Origin: an uncultured delta proteobacterium
Lineage (GTDB): Bacteria > Desulfobacterota > Binatia > UBA9968
Assembly (NCBI GenBank): GCA_963847445.1
Contig: CAWJZV010000025.1
Coordinates: 119,980 to 183,979 of the forward strand
Reading direction: 5' to 3'
Length of the DNA: 64,000 bases
Part shown: positions 62,826-64,000 of the stretch, piece after piece
Layout: the number at the start of each line of letters is the position of its first letter
Position numbering within the stretch: the first letter of the stretch is position 1
The notes under the pieces: model-generated
What the model was told of the DNA's origin: nothing
The model's database searches: none
The model's input: the letters and a program-made list of their open reading frames with translations, nothing else
Program-made: the position numbers and the translations under genes

Positions 62826-64000
62826 TTGGTTAATACGACGCCGCAAGTTTCATCGGGGAAAAGTCGTCCTGAAATTGACCTGCTGCTTTCCTGCGCTAGC
62901 TGTCATCTGGACAGCGCCAGAACAGAGCGCATCAAAGCTTTGACCCGGGGAGAAATCGATTGGCCTTGCGTATTGCGGGCGGCGCTCGCTCACAGAGTCA
63001 TGCCTCTGCTATACAAGAGTCTCAATACCGCCCGCCCCGACAACGTTCCGCAAGCCGTATCGAAGCAGCTCCAGTCCCATTACTACGCCAACGCGGCACA
63101 TAATCTTCTGCTGGCCGGGGAATTACTAAAAATCCTGCGTTTGTTCGAGGGGCACAATGTACCCGCCATCCCGTATAAAGGACCAGTTTTGGCCGCTTCG
63201 ATCTATGGGAACGTTGCGTGCCGGGAATTTGCCGATTTGGATATTTTGGTGCGAGAGCGCGACTATGACAGAGCGCAACATCTGCTGATCTCCCAAGACT
63301 TTCGCCTGGTAAAGGAATTTGACTGGGAGTCTACCTTTGTTGATACCCGCGGCAGAGTCGCTGTGGATTTACACAGGGGAATGGCAGCGCGGGAGTTTCC
63401 TTGCCCACTCGCTTTCGAGTATCTCGCGGGACGTCTTCAGCCAGTAGATCTCGTGGGCACAACCGCAGCCACTTTATGCCCAGAAGATACACTGCTCATG
63501 CTCGCCATCCAGATCAGCAAAGACTCCGGCAGCCGTTATTTACAGCTGGCGAAGGTTTGCGACATTGCCGAACTGGTTCGGGTATATCCGCACCTCGACT
63601 GGGCGCAGGTCCTGCGCCAAGCACGGCGACTGGGCGGCGAGCGGATGCTCCTCTATAGCCTGCGCCTGGCGAACAATTTGCTCGGCACGGTACTTTCGCA
63701 GGAAGTTGTCTGCGCGATCGGATTGCATCCGGCTATCGATGGGCTTGTGGAGTACGCTCGGCGGCAGCTTTTTGATCAAGGTGACCGCACCGTTGTCGAT
63801 CAGCCGACGGTTGACCAGTTCCGCTGGCTCGTACGAGAACGGCTGCGTGACAAATTATACCCTTATTATCTGCGGTATGTGATGGACGTAATAGTCCCTT
63901 GCGAACTGGATCGACGACTATTGCGTCTGCCCGGGCGATTGTCGTTTCTTTACTTTCTCATGCGGCCGGTTCGGCTGGTCGGAAAGTACGGATTGCTTTT
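62826..64000 (+). CDS. Nucleotidyltransferase (NTP_transf_5-like), 3'-partial; not in ORF track
   Basis: TTG start after GGAG RBS, open to window end; IPYKGPVLAASIYG..REFADLDILV, VDLH. Confidence 0.85.
   Translation, partial: MVNTTPQVSSGKSRPEIDLLLSCASCHLDSARTERIKALTRGEIDWPCVLRAALAHRVMPLLYKSLNTARPDNVPQAVSKQLQSHYYANAAHNLLLAGELLKILRLFEGHNVPAIPYKGPVLAASIYGNVACREFADLDILVRERDYDRAQHLLISQDFRLVKEFDWESTFVDTRGRVAVDLHRGMAAREFPCPLAFEYLAGRLQPVDLVGTTAATLCPEDTLLMLAIQISKDSGSRYLQLAKVCDIAELVRVYPHLDWAQVLRQARRLGGERMLLYSLRLANNLLGTVLSQEVVCAIGLHPAIDGLVEYARRQLFDQGDRTVVDQPTVDQFRWLVRERLRDKLYPYYLRYVMDVIVPCELDRRLLRLPGRLSFLYFLMRPVRLVGKYGLL

Overview
GC-rich bacterial chromosomal window. Many conserved genes (ndvB, clpB, the sensor kinase, CBS proteins) carry single-base frameshifts, most likely long-read or assembly indels. 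No rRNA, tRNA, CRISPR array or intact mobile element was seen. Left (1-21 kb): USP fragment, RMD1-like gene, ~8.9-kb cyclic beta-1,2-glucan synthase/GH94 gene, and an island of small general-stress membrane proteins (CsbD, YtxH, BON, DUF3309, lmo0937) with an internal ~590-bp duplication. Middle (21-48 kb): a hypoxia/dormancy-type cluster (ferritin-like, hemerythrin, CBS, BON, PRTase, CFA synthase, cytochromes c, acyl-CoA dehydratase activase, ClpB). It surrounds a CHASE/FixL-like heme-PAS kinase and a sigma-54 activator; many sigma-54 promoters and a recurring TTTCGCA-N4-TGCGAAA palindrome suggest a regulon. Right (49-64 kb): four co-oriented secreted proteins (papain-like protease, two beta-propellers, CBM-metalloprotease) that share one ~115-aa domain I cannot assign, then a stand-alone STN-like protein. 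These are followed by a RiPP cluster: lasso-type B2 peptidase, lasso-leader precursor with a non-canonical core (GFFGGFSPGDQDPV), HPr-kinase-like enzyme, radical SAM/SPASM enzyme, PqqD/RRE, GNAT and nucleotidyltransferase. No lasso cyclase lies within the window. This cluster is the best candidate for an undescribed system. All family assignments are from motif recognition, not database searches.
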